A stretch of DNA of 64,000 bases, taken from the IMG/VR virus record IMGVR_UViG_3300037395_000062, positions 1 to 64,000 of that record, one strand, 5' to 3'. Under the pieces are notes generated by a model. That model searched no databases. It saw only the letters and a list, made by a program, of their open reading frames with translations, and was not told the DNA's origin. Of this stretch, positions 7,584 to 16,568 are shown piece by piece. The translations under genes were made by a program, and so were the position numbers. The DNA is from a virus. Position 1 is the first letter of the stretch. Each line of letters opens with the position of its first letter.

Positions 7584-7660
7584 GCGCGCTTAGCCCAGAG
7601 GTAGGAGGCACGACGTTGAGGTCGTCGGCAGGGCGGGTTCGAATCCCGCAGTGCGCACCA
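7584..7660 (+). tRNA. tRNA-Leu(GAG), short variable arm
   Basis: Loop TT-GAG-GT, CCA end. Confidence 0.85.
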
Positions 7661-7664
7661 GTTT

Positions 7665-7741
7665 GCCCGGTTAGCCCAACGGTAGGAGGCACTTCCCTCA
7701 GGAGGAAGGCAGTGTCGGTTCGAATCCGACACCGGGTACCA
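7665..7741 (+). tRNA. tRNA-Leu(CAG), short variable arm
   Basis: Loop CT-CAG-GA, CCA end. Confidence 0.85.
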
Positions 7742-7743
7742 AT

Positions 7744-7830
7744 GGATGGTCAATTCGGTAGGCGCCGAACACCGCCTGGAAAGCGGTTGGCACCGCAAGG
7801 TGTGGGATTCGAGTTCTCGGCCATCCGCCA
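7744..7830 (+). tRNA. tRNA-Ser(GGA)
   Basis: Long variable arm, G73. Confidence 0.8.
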
Positions 7831-7834
7831 GTTT

Positions 7835-7922
7835 GGAGAGTGAAGCAGGACGGCTCCTGCCACCGGTTTGAAGCCGGATGGTGCCGCAAGGCATGGGCAT
7901 CGACAGCACCCGCTCTCCGCCA
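7835..7922 (+). tRNA. tRNA-Ser(TGA)
   Basis: Long variable arm, G73. Confidence 0.75.
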
Positions 7923-7925
7923 GAT

Positions 7926-8013
7926 GGAAGACGATCCGGGACGGCTCCCGGCATCCGTTCGAAGCGGATTGGAACCGAAAGGTTTGCAGGTCGGCACTAG
8001 CCGTCTTCCGCCA
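7926..8013 (+). tRNA. tRNA-Ser(CGA)
   Basis: Long variable arm, G73. Confidence 0.75.
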
Positions 8014-8018
8014 TTTAT

Positions 8019-8106
8019 GGAGCGCGCAATCGGGTAGGCGCCCGAGCGAGTCTGCTAAACTCTGCGCACCTCACGGTGTAGGTTTCGAATACCTGCCGCT
8101 CCGCCA
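8019..8106 (+). tRNA. tRNA-Ser(GCT)
   Basis: Long variable arm, G73. Confidence 0.8.
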
Positions 8107-8107
8107 C

Positions 8108-8178
8108 GCCTCGCACAGCGGCCTGTGCCCGTCCTTGGTATGGATGGTGGTCCGGATCGTCACCGGAGCGAGGCTCCA
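8108..8178 (+). tRNA. tRNA-Thr(GGT)
   Basis: Acceptor stem GCCTCGC/GCGAGGC, loop TT-GGT-AT. Confidence 0.7.
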
Positions 8179-8183
8179 GTTAC

Positions 8184-8268
8184 GGGCGGGGAAAGCCGAT
8201 GGCTTCGGCAAGCAGACTGTAAATCTGTTTCCTTCGGAAGAGTGGATCGAAACCGCACCCGCCCACCA
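8184..8268 (+). tRNA. tRNA-Tyr(GTA)
   Basis: GCAGA-CTGTAAA-TCTGT, long variable arm. Confidence 0.85.
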
Positions 8269-8269
8269 T

Positions 8270-8345
8270 GGTCCGTTAGCTCAATGGCCAGAGCCTTCGG
8301 TTGATAACCGAAAGACGAGAGGTTCAATTCCTCCACGGACTACCA
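8270..8345 (+). tRNA. tRNA-Ile(GAT)
   Basis: Loop TT-GAT-AA, CCA end. Confidence 0.85.
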
Positions 8346-8351
8346 GTTCAT

Positions 8352-8432
8352 GGACCAGATGCGATCACGGGTGTGCGCGGCGGTCTTTTAAACCGTGTCA
8401 ATGGTTGGGTTCGAGTCCCACCTGGTCCACCA
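8352..8432 (+). tRNA. tRNA-Lys(TTT)
   Basis: Loop CT-TTT-AA, CCA end. Confidence 0.8.
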
Positions 8433-8506
8433 ATTTCGTCCCGTTGATCAGGGGCGAACGTCGCGTTCTGGCATAGGTCCAAAGAGCAGTTGGGCGCGAC
8501 ACAATT

Positions 8507-8580
8507 GCCTGCATCTTTCAGTGGTAGGAAGCTGGATTGTCGATCCGGTAACAGGGGTTCGATCCCCCTTGTAGGCGCCA
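8507..8580 (+). tRNA. tRNA-Asp(GTC)
   Basis: Loop TT-GTC-GA, G73. Confidence 0.85.
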
Positions 8581-8588
8581 AAAAGTTT

Positions 8589-8663
8589 CGGGGTGTGGGT
8601 CAATGGAAGGCCGCCAGTTTTGGGTACTGGAAAATGCAGGTTCGAGTCCTGTCACCCCGACCA
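8589..8663 (+). tRNA. tRNA-Pro(TGG)
   Basis: C1-G72, loop TT-TGG-GT. Confidence 0.9.
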
Positions 8664-8665
8664 CT

Positions 8666-8736
8666 ACCCTCGCCGATGGACGGAACCGGATTTCCTAAAT
8701 CTGGGCATGGCGGTTCGAATCCGTCCGAGGGTGCCA
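8666..8736 (+). tRNA. tRNA-Arg(CCT)
   Basis: Loop TT-CCT-AA, CCA end. Confidence 0.75.
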
Positions 8737-8740
8737 TTTT

Positions 8741-8814
8741 GGACCATGAACATGTTGGCAGTGTGCCGCTCCTACAAAGCGGAAGGCGCGGTTCGATTCC
8801 GTGATGGTCTACCA
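8741..8814 (+). tRNA. tRNA-Val(TAC), C33
   Basis: Loop CC-TAC-AA, CCA end. Confidence 0.75.
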
Positions 8815-8818
8815 GTTT

Positions 8819-8893
8819 CTCCCGTTCGACCACCCGCTAAGTCGCCAGTCCTTCAAACTGGAGAAGCCGGGGCAGCACCGGCACGGGAGACCA
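8819..8893 (+). tRNA. tRNA-Glu(TTC), C33
   Basis: CCAGT-CCTTCAA-ACTGG; atypical T loop. Confidence 0.7.
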
Positions 8894-8898
8894 TTTAT

Positions 8899-8974
8899 GG
8901 GCTAGCAGCACGATTGGACGTGCGCCAGATTACGAATCTGGAGGATGGAGGTTCGAATCCTCTCTGGCTCACCA
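8899..8974 (+). tRNA. tRNA-Arg(ACG)
   Basis: Loop TT-ACG-AA, CCA end. Confidence 0.85.
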
Positions 8975-8980
8975 TTTCAA

Positions 8981-9051
8981 GGTCCGCGCCGCGACGGCAG
9001 GCTGAACTTCTAATTCGGCCGATCTGGGGTAAGCACCTAGGCGGATCACCA
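8981..9051 (+). tRNA. tRNA-Arg(TCT)
   Basis: Loop CT-TCT-AA; reduced D arm and atypical T loop. Confidence 0.65.
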
Positions 9052-9053
9052 AT

Positions 9054-9129
9054 GCTCCCGAGGTGTAAGGGAATGCACGCGTGGTTCCGAACCACGTAGC
9101 TGTAGGTTCGAGTCCTACCGGGAGCGCCA
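9054..9129 (+). tRNA. tRNA-Arg(CCG)
   Basis: Loop TT-CCG-AA, CCA end. Confidence 0.9.
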
Positions 9130-9132
9130 AAT

Positions 9133-9208
9133 GCGCGCGTGGCGAAATGGCAAACGCGTCCGGCTCAAACCCGGATTTCTGTAGGTTCGATCCCTACCGT
9201 GCGCACCA
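9133..9208 (+). tRNA. tRNA-Leu(CAA), short variable arm
   Basis: Leu-type D arm, loop CT-CAA-AC. Confidence 0.85.
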
Positions 9209-9212
9209 CCAT

Positions 9213-9288
9213 GGACCGGTAACTCAGTGGTCAGAGTGCCATCCTCTTAAGTTGGAAGTCGTGGGTTCAACTCCCACCCGGTCCCCCA
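9213..9288 (+). tRNA. tRNA-Lys(CTT)
   Basis: Loop CT-CTT-AA. Confidence 0.85.
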
Positions 9289-9290
9289 AC

Positions 9291-9365
9291 GCTGGCATCT
9301 TCTAGTGGTAGGAAACCGCACTCGTAACGCGGCAACCGGGGTTCGATTCCGCCGTGCCAGCACCA
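9291..9365 (+). tRNA. tRNA-Thr(CGT)
   Basis: Loop CT-CGT-AA, CCA end. Confidence 0.8.
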
Positions 9366-9388
9366 TTATCATCTGCTACAAGGCCATC

Positions 9389-9961
9389 ATGACCAGCGCT
9401 ACTGCTCTCCGCACTCTTGTGCTGAACGCGAACTACCTTCCCATGACGACATGGCCCTTGAGCCTTGTGTCAGGACAGGAAGCAGTGCGCGCAGTGTTTC
9501 GCGGCCGGGCATCCGTAGTCGAAGAGTGGGACGCGGTATTTCGTTCGCCTTCTCGGGAAATTCGGGTTCCAAAAATAATTGCGCTGAACGAGTACGCCCC
9601 GATCAGCGCCTCACCGAAGTTCTGCCGTCGCTCGATCTTGCTGCGCGATCGCTACCGCTGCCAGTATTGCGGCGAGCAGTTTGCCTCAAACGAACTGACC
9701 TTTGACCACGTGATCCCAAAGGCCAAGGGCGGCAAAACCGAGTGGACCAACATCCTTTCGGCCTGCGTCAAGTGCAACACGCTGAAACGCGACAATTCGG
9801 CGAATTGGAGCGGGCGTAAGGGATCCGGCTTGCGTCCGTTAAAGCCGCCGCGTCAGCCCGCCACGATGGAATTGCTTCGGGCTGGGCTGCAATTCCTGGA
9901 TGCCGAAACGCGCGAAAATTATGGTTCGTGGCTGTACTGGTCTTCTGAATTGCAGGCTTAG
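9389..9961 (+). CDS. McrA-like HNH endonuclease (tRNA-array associated)
   Basis: LVLNANYLP, RDRYRCQYCG, LTFDHVIPKAKGG, WTNILSACVKCN. Confidence 0.92.
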   Translation: MTSATALRTLVLNANYLPMTTWPLSLVSGQEAVRAVFRGRASVVEEWDAVFRSPSREIRVPKIIALNEYAPISASPKFCRRSILLRDRYRCQYCGEQFASNELTFDHVIPKAKGGKTEWTNILSACVKCNTLKRDNSANWSGRKGSGLRPLKPPRQPATMELLRAGLQFLDAETRENYGSWLYWSSELQA

Positions 9962-10494
9962 GGTGCAACAAAAGACAACGACAACGCCTCGCAATCCGCC
10001 GCCCGCCGATCCCACCCACGCCCATAAATCCGGAACGTCGGCAGGTCGGCGTAGAACTTATCCCGCAGCAGCCACATCGATCTGATCAAGTCATCCGGCG
10101 CATGCCCCTTGACTACCGCCATGGTCATAGGCCCGAACACCCCATCCGCGACCGCCCCAGCAGCCGTCTGGAGAAACTTGATCGCGTGGGCAGGCGCTGA
10201 CCCCACTGCGGCATCGAACACGCTCACGGCCACGCCTGGAGGCAATTCGTCGCACCGGCAGGCTTGCCAGAACAGCGCGCGATAGAACGGAGTGAAGGCG
10301 GACTGTGGGAGCACTTTGAACGCAGCCAGCGACATGGAGAGTTTGTGCATCGCCAGCCACGCCGTGTAGGTCGCGTACGTCGCGCCCCATGATGTCGCAC
10401 CGCCCGGATCGCGCGGGTCGTCGTGAAATCCCTGTCCGTCATTTTCTGGGCGCCATATGAACGCCAGCGCAGTGGTGAATGGATCAGCGGACAT
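9958..10494 (-). CDS. Endolysin, glycoside hydrolase family 108
   Basis: E...DDPRDPGGATSWG, FDAAV, DGVFGPMT, YGRGW. Confidence 0.88.
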   Translation of the reverse strand: MSADPFTTALAFIWRPENDGQGFHDDPRDPGGATSWGATYATYTAWLAMHKLSMSLAAFKVLPQSAFTPFYRALFWQACRCDELPPGVAVSVFDAAVGSAPAHAIKFLQTAAGAVADGVFGPMTMAVVKGHAPDDLIRSMWLLRDKFYADLPTFRIYGRGWDRRAADCEALSLSFVAP

Positions 10495-10798
10495 TACGAC
10501 CCCCTGGATTTTGCATCGTCGATCACGATCTTCGCCGCAGCGGCCAGTTCAAGCGTGGAGTTTGCCCTACCCGCCGCATCTCCCTGTGCCGTGGCAAGAA
10601 GTGTATTCGTCTCGATCAACTTCTCCGTCTGGCCGTTCACCAGGTCATGCACATTCCGGATGCTTGCCTCGTTCTTGAAGCTCTGTGCGGCGGCTCGCTG
10701 ACTTTGAATCGCCGCACGCTGGCTCTGGATGTAGGTTAGAACCCCAATGGTCTGACCTACGCCGACAAAGAAAAGCGTGCCGATTTCGAAACCGGTCA
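10494..10798 (-). CDS. Single-TM lysis-associated protein (holin-like)
   Basis: N-terminal TM helix, coupled to the endolysin. Confidence 0.5.
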
Positions 10799-10953
10799 TC
10801 CGGGAAACAACCATCGAACCAGCGGTTCAAGGGCCACCACCCCGACTACCACACCAAACAGGAGAGCAGCGCCGACACAGCGCTTCAAATGCCTCTCGTG
10901 GCACCGTGCGCAATGGGTAAGCACGAGACCAACCCATCGGATGACTGAGCGCG

Positions 10954-11202
10954 TCATCGCGTGCTCAGCCATTTCAATATAGGGTCTATCCATCGGCTGA
11001 TAACCGCAACGAGGATGGCCGTGATGATCGTCGAGATCGTGCTCCCGAGAAAGCGCAACCAACCCCTGCGCCGCTCTCGTCGCCCCTCCTCTTCCTCTCT
11101 GCGGTGCCGCCAATAGAGCGCATCATCAGCCCCCCAGCCTGGAATTTCCAATGGATTAACGATGTGGTCACGGTGATGTCCCTCATTTTTATCTTCGGCC
11201 AT
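10954..11202 (-). CDS. Small membrane protein (holin-like)
   Basis: C-terminal TM helix; GGAG SD. Confidence 0.45.
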   Translation of the reverse strand: MAEDKNEGHHRDHIVNPLEIPGWGADDALYWRHRREEEEGRRERRRGWLRFLGSTISTIITAILVAVISRWIDPILKWLSTR

Positions 11203-11338
11203 GTCTCCCCCTGGGGTAAATCACCGTGGTGTAATGGTGACTGTGCCCAGGTTCGGCTGGTCAGTCATGGCGGCTTGCTCCGTCGTGGGTGGGTTCGAGG
11301 TCCGGCCTCGTTGGTAGCGGGGTCGGACTTTGTCGTCA

Positions 11339-13645
11339 TCATTTTGGCGTCCACCACGTAATGGTCACTTCCGCAGCGCCGCCTACACCGCCAGGACCGC
11401 CAGTGCCGCCGCACCCAGCGCCACCACCACCGGCGCCGCCACCTCCTACGCCGCCATTGCCGCCAGTGCCGCCTTGCGTGGTTCCAGCGCCCGCGCCAGA
11501 GCCGCCACCGCCGCCCCAGCCTGCCGCCGCCCAGCCGGTAGCACCGTTACCGCCCGTGGCTCCGCCAGCGCTTCCAGCAGTGGTCGTAATGCCGTTCACC
11601 GACGATACGGCCGAGCCACCAGCTTGGGGCGTTCCGGTCGTGCATCCACCACCAGCGCCGCCGCCGGTAGACGCGCTTACAGATGATGCGCCACCGCCAG
11701 CCGCTCCGACTGCTGACGACCCGCCGCCGCCGCTCGCTCCCATTGGTCCGGTCGCGTTTGACCCTCCGACACCTGTTCCGCCGGCGCCGCCATTGAAGTT
11801 TGCACCACCGCCGCCCGCAGCTCCGGTGGAACTCCCTCCACTGCCGATGTTTCCAGCGCCACCGCCGCCGCCGGAGGCTAGCGCCGCCGCGCCACCCGCG
11901 CCACCACCGCCAGCGTAGGCGATCATGTTGTTATCAAGGCCGGTGATCCCAAAAAATGCAGTCCCGCCAACCGACCCATTTGCGCCAGCCGCCGCCGTGC
12001 ACGGGGCATTGATCGTTATTGATGCCACACCAGATGTCATCGACGCTGGGATCGGAGCAGGCGTCAGCTTTACGCCGCCGCCGCCGCCGCCGCCGCCGCC
12101 GGAACCCGACACGCCGCCCGTCAAAGATGGACCACCGCCGCCGCAGCCGCCCTGGCCCCGTGCCGCGACCGTGAATACCGACCCAATCGGGGGCGGCCAG
12201 TAATAAGTCCCGGCCCCTGTAAAGGTGATCTGCCCGCTGGATGGCACGCCGTCGCTGATTGCAAGCGAACCGACATTCGAGCCTCCAGCCGATGCGAAAA
12301 ACTGCGCCAGCGTCATATCCATAACGGCCAGCTTCGTCACAAAGCCGCCCGTTGAAACCGACGTAGCATTGCTCGCCGCGCTGTAGGAAAAATAGATCTT
12401 GCCGCCGACTTCGACCCACCATGGGTCAGCGATCTGACCGACTCCCGTGTTGACCCCCTCATCAGAAGTCAGTCGGGCAAAAAACGGGGTCGTTTTAACA
12501 GGCGTCCACGCCGTGGCATTGAGTGTCGGCGCGCTGAACAAGTAAATGTCTTCTGGCACTGCACCGGACGTGCCAAGCGTGCCATTTGTGGTGGTGGCGT
12601 GCGCGCCGATATACCATAGGCCATTGGTAAAATAGGGAGATGTCGGCCCACCGATCGCTGCGTTTCCAACAGTGCCGCCGCCCCCGGCCGAGCTTATGAC
12701 TGGGTTGCTGACAGGTTGCGAGACGGTGGACATATCGGTCGACGTGAAGAGACCGATCCCTCCGATCCCGCCAACGCTGTTCTGGTAGCCTTCCATGAAG
12801 ATATAGGCAGTGCCGCCGACGAAAATCATCGACGTGTTAGTGACGTTTGTTGCGTCCCAAGTCGCACCGCCGCCCGGCGTGATGAACGCACTCTTCAAGA
12901 CGGAATAGTTACCATAGGCGTTCGCTGATGACAGGAGATCGATCTGCGTCCACCCGGTATTTGCCGCGAGCAGGTAGTAGGCGGTTCCCGTCACGGCCAG
13001 CGGGCCAGAGACTCCGGGGGAACCGCTTAAGGTATAGGTCCCCCCCGCACCGGTTCCACTTACTCTCGCCGTGATATAGTAGGTATTCGAAGTGATCCCG
13101 GTTCCGTTGATATATTGGCCGTTTGTCCATTGCCCCGTGACGGTCCCAGCCACCGTCAGCGTAGAACCGCTGATCGTGCACGCGGAGCACGTCGCGGTAT
13201 TGAGGGTGACAGAAGATGACCGATAGCCCGTGGCGATCGTCGCCGCTGCCTTGTAGGGCCAATGGATACCGTCAGTGCTTTCGAGATATTCCAGGCTTGG
13301 CGTTCCCGGTCCGGCCGTGCCGATCAAGTGCCAGCATGATGTGAATTGCGCGGGGACAAGATTGCAGCTTGTGTCCGGCGCCAGGATCGTTGCCTCTGCG
13401 ACCAACCCTCCCGCCGATCCCATCTCGTATGGCAGCGTCGGGGAATTGATGACGCCCTGGCGCTGGATCACTCCCTTGACCGGAGGCGGTCCCGCATCCC
13501 CCAACTGCCCAGCCGAGTTGAACCAGGCTGCGTCGCCGGGGGTGCCGGTGGGCAGGGGCGGCGGCGTATACCCACTTCCCTGCTGCGCCTGGGCGACGCC
13601 GCAGACGAGAAGAAAGAACGCTGCGAAGATCCTGATGGTGTTCAT
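11339..13645 (-). CDS. Signal-peptide-bearing protein with a glycoside-hydrolase-like beta-propeller and polyglycine-rich C-terminus (adhesin/fibre-like)
   Basis: MNTIRIFAAFFLLVCGVAQA signal; WD and IADPW propeller motifs; Gly-rich tail. Confidence 0.7.
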   Translation of the reverse strand: MNTIRIFAAFFLLVCGVAQAQQGSGYTPPPLPTGTPGDAAWFNSAGQLGDAGPPPVKGVIQRQGVINSPTLPYEMGSAGGLVAEATILAPDTSCNLVPAQFTSCWHLIGTAGPGTPSLEYLESTDGIHWPYKAAATIATGYRSSSVTLNTATCSACTISGSTLTVAGTVTGQWTNGQYINGTGITSNTYYITARVSGTGAGGTYTLSGSPGVSGPLAVTGTAYYLLAANTGWTQIDLLSSANAYGNYSVLKSAFITPGGGATWDATNVTNTSMIFVGGTAYIFMEGYQNSVGGIGGIGLFTSTDMSTVSQPVSNPVISSAGGGGTVGNAAIGGPTSPYFTNGLWYIGAHATTTNGTLGTSGAVPEDIYLFSAPTLNATAWTPVKTTPFFARLTSDEGVNTGVGQIADPWWVEVGGKIYFSYSAASNATSVSTGGFVTKLAVMDMTLAQFFASAGGSNVGSLAISDGVPSSGQITFTGAGTYYWPPPIGSVFTVAARGQGGCGGGGPSLTGGVSGSGGGGGGGGGVKLTPAPIPASMTSGVASITINAPCTAAAGANGSVGGTAFFGITGLDNNMIAYAGGGGAGGAAALASGGGGGAGNIGSGGSSTGAAGGGGANFNGGAGGTGVGGSNATGPMGASGGGGSSAVGAAGGGASSVSASTGGGAGGGCTTGTPQAGGSAVSSVNGITTTAGSAGGATGGNGATGWAAAGWGGGGGSGAGAGTTQGGTGGNGGVGGGGAGGGGAGCGGTGGPGGVGGAAEVTITWWTPK

Positions 13646-13653
13646 ACCGGACC

Positions 13654-14163
13654 TCAATTCGAGATCGAGAGAGTAGTGCCGAGCGGCGAATAGAATGACG
13701 GCACCGCCGCACTTCCAGTGATGTTCTTGGTGTCAGATGCTCCGGCCGCCAGCAGCTCACCGCCCGATGTCGCCGAACACGTGTTGGCCAACCAGCAGAC
13801 GTAGGTCGGGTTCATGCCGGTATTCAGCGCGAACAGCCGCGCGAAGGCGCCCGCCGCCGGGATCGAGCCCGCACTGATGGTGACGTTGGCGGTGATGAGC
13901 GTCGTGCTCGTCGCCGCTGCCAGTGTCATGGTGCCTTGGTAGGTCGTGGCTGGTGTAGTGACCGGAAATTGCGTTCCGCTCGGTACGGTCACGGGAACCG
14001 GCAACGGTACCTTCGGGTTGGCACCCTTCGGGATCGGCCCTGACGGTTCCGTGATCTGAATGCCGTTGTTCGGGTCGTACACGCCGGAATTCTGGGCATG
14101 CGCAGCATGCGATGTCACGGTTCCGGCCAGAAGCAGGAAGATTATGGCTAAGGTGCGCATCAT
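13654..14163 (-). CDS. Signal-peptide-bearing beta-rich protein
   Basis: MMRTLAIIFLLLAG...AHA signal; ATGA overlap with the upstream gene. Confidence 0.65.
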   Translation of the reverse strand: MMRTLAIIFLLLAGTVTSHAAHAQNSGVYDPNNGIQITEPSGPIPKGANPKVPLPVPVTVPSGTQFPVTTPATTYQGTMTLAAATSTTLITANVTISAGSIPAAGAFARLFALNTGMNPTYVCWLANTCSATSGGELLAAGASDTKNITGSAAVPSFYSPLGTTLSISN

Positions 14164-15410
14164 TGGATCACTCGAATGTTGTAGACCGAGATTGTCGGTG
14201 TTGCTGCGACGGCAGCGCACACCTTGACGGTCACGTTTCCAGCCGACGAAACATAAGCCGTCCAATAGATGCCATCGCCCGGATAGGTAACGGGACTTGC
14301 GGCCGCAACCATGGCTGTGGTGGCGTTTGGCACAGATTGTGTTGCCGATGCACACGCACCAGCAGCGAGCGCACTTCCGCCGATGTTGTTAGTCGTGCTT
14401 GTCAAAGCAAGCGCGATTGTCCCCGTCTGCGCGGGCAATATCCAGTTGTAGTTTGACGCCACTGCTGGTGGCTGGAGTTCCCCTGCCCCAGAGGTGGCGC
14501 CCGCCATTTGGATGTTCCCGGCATTCTGCCCCGCCTGGCCAAGCGTGATCAAGCCGTTGCTACTAGCCCGGATTATGTTGTTATTGCTGGAATTGATCAG
14601 TTGCAGCATCACGCTGCCGCTGCTGTTCGGCGATACGATGTGCACCTGATCGGTAGACACGCCAACACCGCCCACGAACAGATTCCCGGCCGTCGAAATG
14701 GAACCGTTTGGATCGCTATTCTGTAGACAATAATCGTTCGCGGGAGGCGACCCTGTGCCGCCGATCGCGGAACAATGATACGCTGTCCAGTCAGTCACGG
14801 AACCAGCCGCGCTGTTGTTGTTCACAAGCAGTGCGTTGAACCCGAGCACATTCCCCATAATGCCGGTCGGGTAATTGGTGCTGGCTGCTAGATATTGGGT
14901 GAAATTAGCGACCGTGCCAACATTTCCGAAGCTGGCTTCAAAGTCCTCATTGCCTCCGGCCTGGCTGTTGCATCCGGATTGGCACGTGTAGAACGCGTGG
15001 ATCACATTGACTTCGCTGTTGTCGATCCCCGGCCCATTCATGAACACCTGAGAGTTCATGTTTTCCCAGTAATTGGACGTATTCGTCGATGGGTTGAGCG
15101 TCACATAGAACTGATTCTGGCGATTGTCGGATGCAGCTGTGGCCAAATCAACCGCGCCCGTGAATTGTATGGCCGGCATCCCGTTCACCGGCAGCGCAAA
15201 CGTCGATCCGCCGATCTGATACCCTGTCGAGGCCGTGGTATTGATCCCGCCGCTATCGACAATACCGACCGTTGTCAGTTGTCCGGTCAGCGTGCCGCCG
15301 GCCAGCGGCAGATACGCGACGCTGCCGCTGGATCCGCCGGTCACCTGATCGGCGTTGGACGCGGATGCCGCGACGATGAGCAGCAGTGCCAGGAGAAGAC
15401 GACGCATCAT
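14160..15410 (-). CDS. Signal-peptide-bearing tail fibre-like protein
   Basis: MMRRLLLALLLIVAASASNA signal; YLPLAGGTLTG fibre motif. Confidence 0.7.
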   Translation of the reverse strand: MMRRLLLALLLIVAASASNADQVTGGSSGSVAYLPLAGGTLTGQLTTVGIVDSGGINTTASTGYQIGGSTFALPVNGMPAIQFTGAVDLATAASDNRQNQFYVTLNPSTNTSNYWENMNSQVFMNGPGIDNSEVNVIHAFYTCQSGCNSQAGGNEDFEASFGNVGTVANFTQYLAASTNYPTGIMGNVLGFNALLVNNNSAAGSVTDWTAYHCSAIGGTGSPPANDYCLQNSDPNGSISTAGNLFVGGVGVSTDQVHIVSPNSSGSVMLQLINSSNNNIIRASSNGLITLGQAGQNAGNIQMAGATSGAGELQPPAVASNYNWILPAQTGTIALALTSTTNNIGGSALAAGACASATQSVPNATTAMVAAASPVTYPGDGIYWTAYVSSAGNVTVKVCAAVAATPTISVYNIRVIQ

Positions 15411-15411
15411 G

Positions 15412-15912
15412 CTACTGCACCTGGCCGCTGAAGAATGCCGTGGCGGACGCGGTTTTTGTGAAGCATCCTGTCGAGCTGAACACTGTGGTTATGCCTGCCG
15501 AGAATAGCCAAGCAGCGGCACCCGGATCAGGAGACAGTCCGATCGTCTGGTTGGCGGGGACGTACAGGCATTTGACTGGCAAAACACTGCCATCGGACGG
15601 CGGCGTGGTTGCGTTGAACACCATCAGGTAGCCAGGCGTGGCACCGCTGGTCACGGCAAAGCCCAGGGCGAGACCTGCGGACGCTTTGAATACGTGGCTG
15701 GATTCGACGGACGTTGACACGATCGGTGTCGTCGAACTGTAGGCGAGCGAGGCTGGAAACGGGTTTACCGTCGAGAACTGATTGCCTTGATAGTCGGCAA
15801 CTCCAGCCATAAGGCCCGGCCATATGGGATAGCTCGTGGCCTTCGCTCCGGCGATGAACAGCAGGATCGCCGCCACCGTCCTCAACGCAACGCTTTTCGT
15901 TCGATCCGTCAC
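15412..15912 (-). CDS. Signal-peptide-bearing small beta-sandwich protein
   Basis: Hydrophobic N-terminus ending AKA; GYLMVFNATT motif. Confidence 0.65.
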   Translation of the reverse strand: MTDRTKSVALRTVAAILLFIAGAKATSYPIWPGLMAGVADYQGNQFSTVNPFPASLAYSSTTPIVSTSVESSHVFKASAGLALGFAVTSGATPGYLMVFNATTPPSDGSVLPVKCLYVPANQTIGLSPDPGAAAWLFSAGITTVFSSTGCFTKTASATAFFSGQVQ

Positions 15913-15922
15913 CTGCCGCCTC

Positions 15923-16564
15923 CTATCCGATGATCCAACTGAGAACCGTACCGCTGACCATGCCGCAGGTCGCCCACACGGCGTCCGTGGTGGTGAAGTT
16001 CGAGCCCGCTGGAGGCCACGACCCGAACGGCGGAATGATAGCGCTCGGCACCGATCCGCTGGCCGGCGCGGACGCGCCTCCGATTATCAACCGCACGGAA
16101 TCGATCTGCGACGTGTTGAACAACTGCAGCGCGTTGCGCGCACCGCTGGCAACGACGGCGGAGTAGGCACCCGAACCGAGCGACACGAAGCCGCTCGTCG
16201 TGGGACCTGCGTTGTTCGCCACGAACCCTGGGCCTGCCGCGAACTGCGACCCGACGACGATAGATACGCTGCCCGGCGGCACCACCACGATCTGCCCATT
16301 CAACGGCGTGAACGGCGCCTGCAATGTTCCCGGAGCCACGACGGCCGTCGTGCCGGCCTGGTCCTCCGTTATCCCGAAGCAGGTCAGCGTACCCCACGAG
16401 CCGGATACCGGCCCGAACGCGCAGTTCACGTTCGTCAACTGTACGCCACCGACGAAGGTGTCGAACGTCACCGGCTGACCGGCGTAGTTCGTCCCTCCGG
16501 GCGGCGTAACCACGACGCTGCCTGATATCGCCGTGCCGAGCTGCAGGTAGCCGTTGCTCGCCAT
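15923..16564 (-). CDS. Putative virion structural protein
   Basis: Gly/Ser/Val-rich ORF in the tail-appendage operon; ATG 16564. Confidence 0.6.
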   Translation of the reverse strand: MASNGYLQLGTAISGSVVVTPPGGTNYAGQPVTFDTFVGGVQLTNVNCAFGPVSGSWGTLTCFGITEDQAGTTAVVAPGTLQAPFTPLNGQIVVVPPGSVSIVVGSQFAAGPGFVANNAGPTTSGFVSLGSGAYSAVVASGARNALQLFNTSQIDSVRLIIGGASAPASGSVPSAIIPPFGSWPPAGSNFTTTDAVWATCGMVSGTVLSWIIG

Positions 16565-16568
16565 GCGA

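Noticed and set aside
8819-8893. Opal suppressor or Sec tRNA (TCA within the loop)
   Set aside because: The stem CCAGT/ACTGG fixes a 7-nt loop centred on TTC (Glu); there is no long variable arm
8981-9051. Amber suppressor (CTA) tRNA and genome-wide TAG recoding
   Set aside because: The loop register gives TCT (Arg), and TAG terminates many intact genes in the window
6303-9305. ORF-track proteins across the tRNA array
   Set aside because: Shadow ORFs overlapping tRNA genes
11289-12203. Pro-rich ORFs on the + strand
   Set aside because: Antisense shadows of the Gly-rich domain
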